A stretch of DNA of 64,000 nucleotides, taken from the NCBI GenBank assembly GCA_965637545.1, contig OZ281500.1, positions 3,782,001 to 3,846,000 on the forward strand. Reading direction: 5' to 3'. Positions within the stretch are counted from its first letter, which is position 1. Each line of letters begins with the position of its first letter. Under the pieces are notes generated by a model. It saw nothing but the letters and a program-made list of their open reading frames with translations. It had not been told where the DNA came from and searched no databases. The DNA is from Phallusia mammillata (lineage: Eukaryota). Positions 63,438-64,000 of the stretch are shown piece after piece. The position numbers were made by a program, and so were the translations under genes.

Positions 63438-64000
63438 TCAACGTACCGAGTTGCAAATATCTGTTCTGCAAATTACTCTAGATCAGACAGAAGCTTTTAG
63501 TTGATATCTTGCATTTAATTACATTGCTAAATATCCCAACTGGTACAAAGTCCAGAGTAAGTATAGACTTAAAATATGTATTTGAAACAAAAAACACGCT
63601 ACATTACTGGACTATTAAGACACTAGGTTCAAAGTTCAAATTACTTGATATGTTCCTCACGAAAATGTAATTCATTTTCCCGTTTTTCTTGCAATTTTCA
63701 AAACTGAGTACAGCTTATTTCTCAGTAAACACATATGACGTAAAAATCCAACTGTCGTTGCGCTTAATTTATTTTTCACTTTATTATTTCACAAAACGAT
63801 TGACCTTTAACCTTTTCTTAGCAGCGCATTTTTAATTGAATATTTGCAAGATGTTTCTGCCTATTGGTCTCACAAAACTGAAGTCTTCATTGCATTGGTT
63901 CTGTTGTTGTCCGTAACGCACAATCGAAAGTCGGTTAATAAACGTATCTTGTTGTTTTCACAACTGTACTGGGTCATTGTGTACAAATTGGCAGTTACGT

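Noticed and set aside
8937-63504. Long ORF-track entries antisense to real exons (e.g. 8937-9323 +, 9933-10208 -, 15114-15482 +, 50883-51323 -, 63002-63322 +, 63178-63504 +)
   Set aside because: They are shadow frames of recognised coding exons with no recognisable protein features.
63851-63916. Possible next TUBGCP2 exon (MFLPIGLTKL...)
   Set aside because: The required phase-2 frame hits a stop after 9 codons, and no frame matches the expected GCP2 sequence.

Overview
AT-rich, intron-rich animal genomic DNA. An ascidian/tunicate is my best guess, from the short introns, the compact gene spacing and TGACGTCA-rich coding tails; this is inference only. Eight protein-coding genes could be reconstructed by eye: FANCB-like (-, 3' end unresolved), CIAO2B/FAM96B (-), RPL17 (+), cyclin A (-), FTSJ1/TRM7 (-), two head-to-head SLC34 Na+/phosphate cotransporter paralogs (- and +), and TUBGCP2 (+, runs off the right edge). 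A ninth gene, an intronless insect-type AANAT-like GNAT (-), appears to lie inside a TUBGCP2 intron. The ~13 kb between the SLC34 paralogs is a three-fold tandem non-coding unit. Each copy carries different MITE insertions whose empty sites are visible in the sister copies. The most unexpected signal is six minimal type-I hammerhead ribozyme motifs in two families, of the kind associated with Penelope-like elements and retrozymes. One intact copy lies in the loop of a perfect 43-bp inverted repeat, inside a 244-bp insertion with a 13-bp target-site duplication. Both intact-core copies are antisense to their host genes, while both copies on a host sense strand have broken cores. All family assignments come from recognising motifs from memory; no database search was run.
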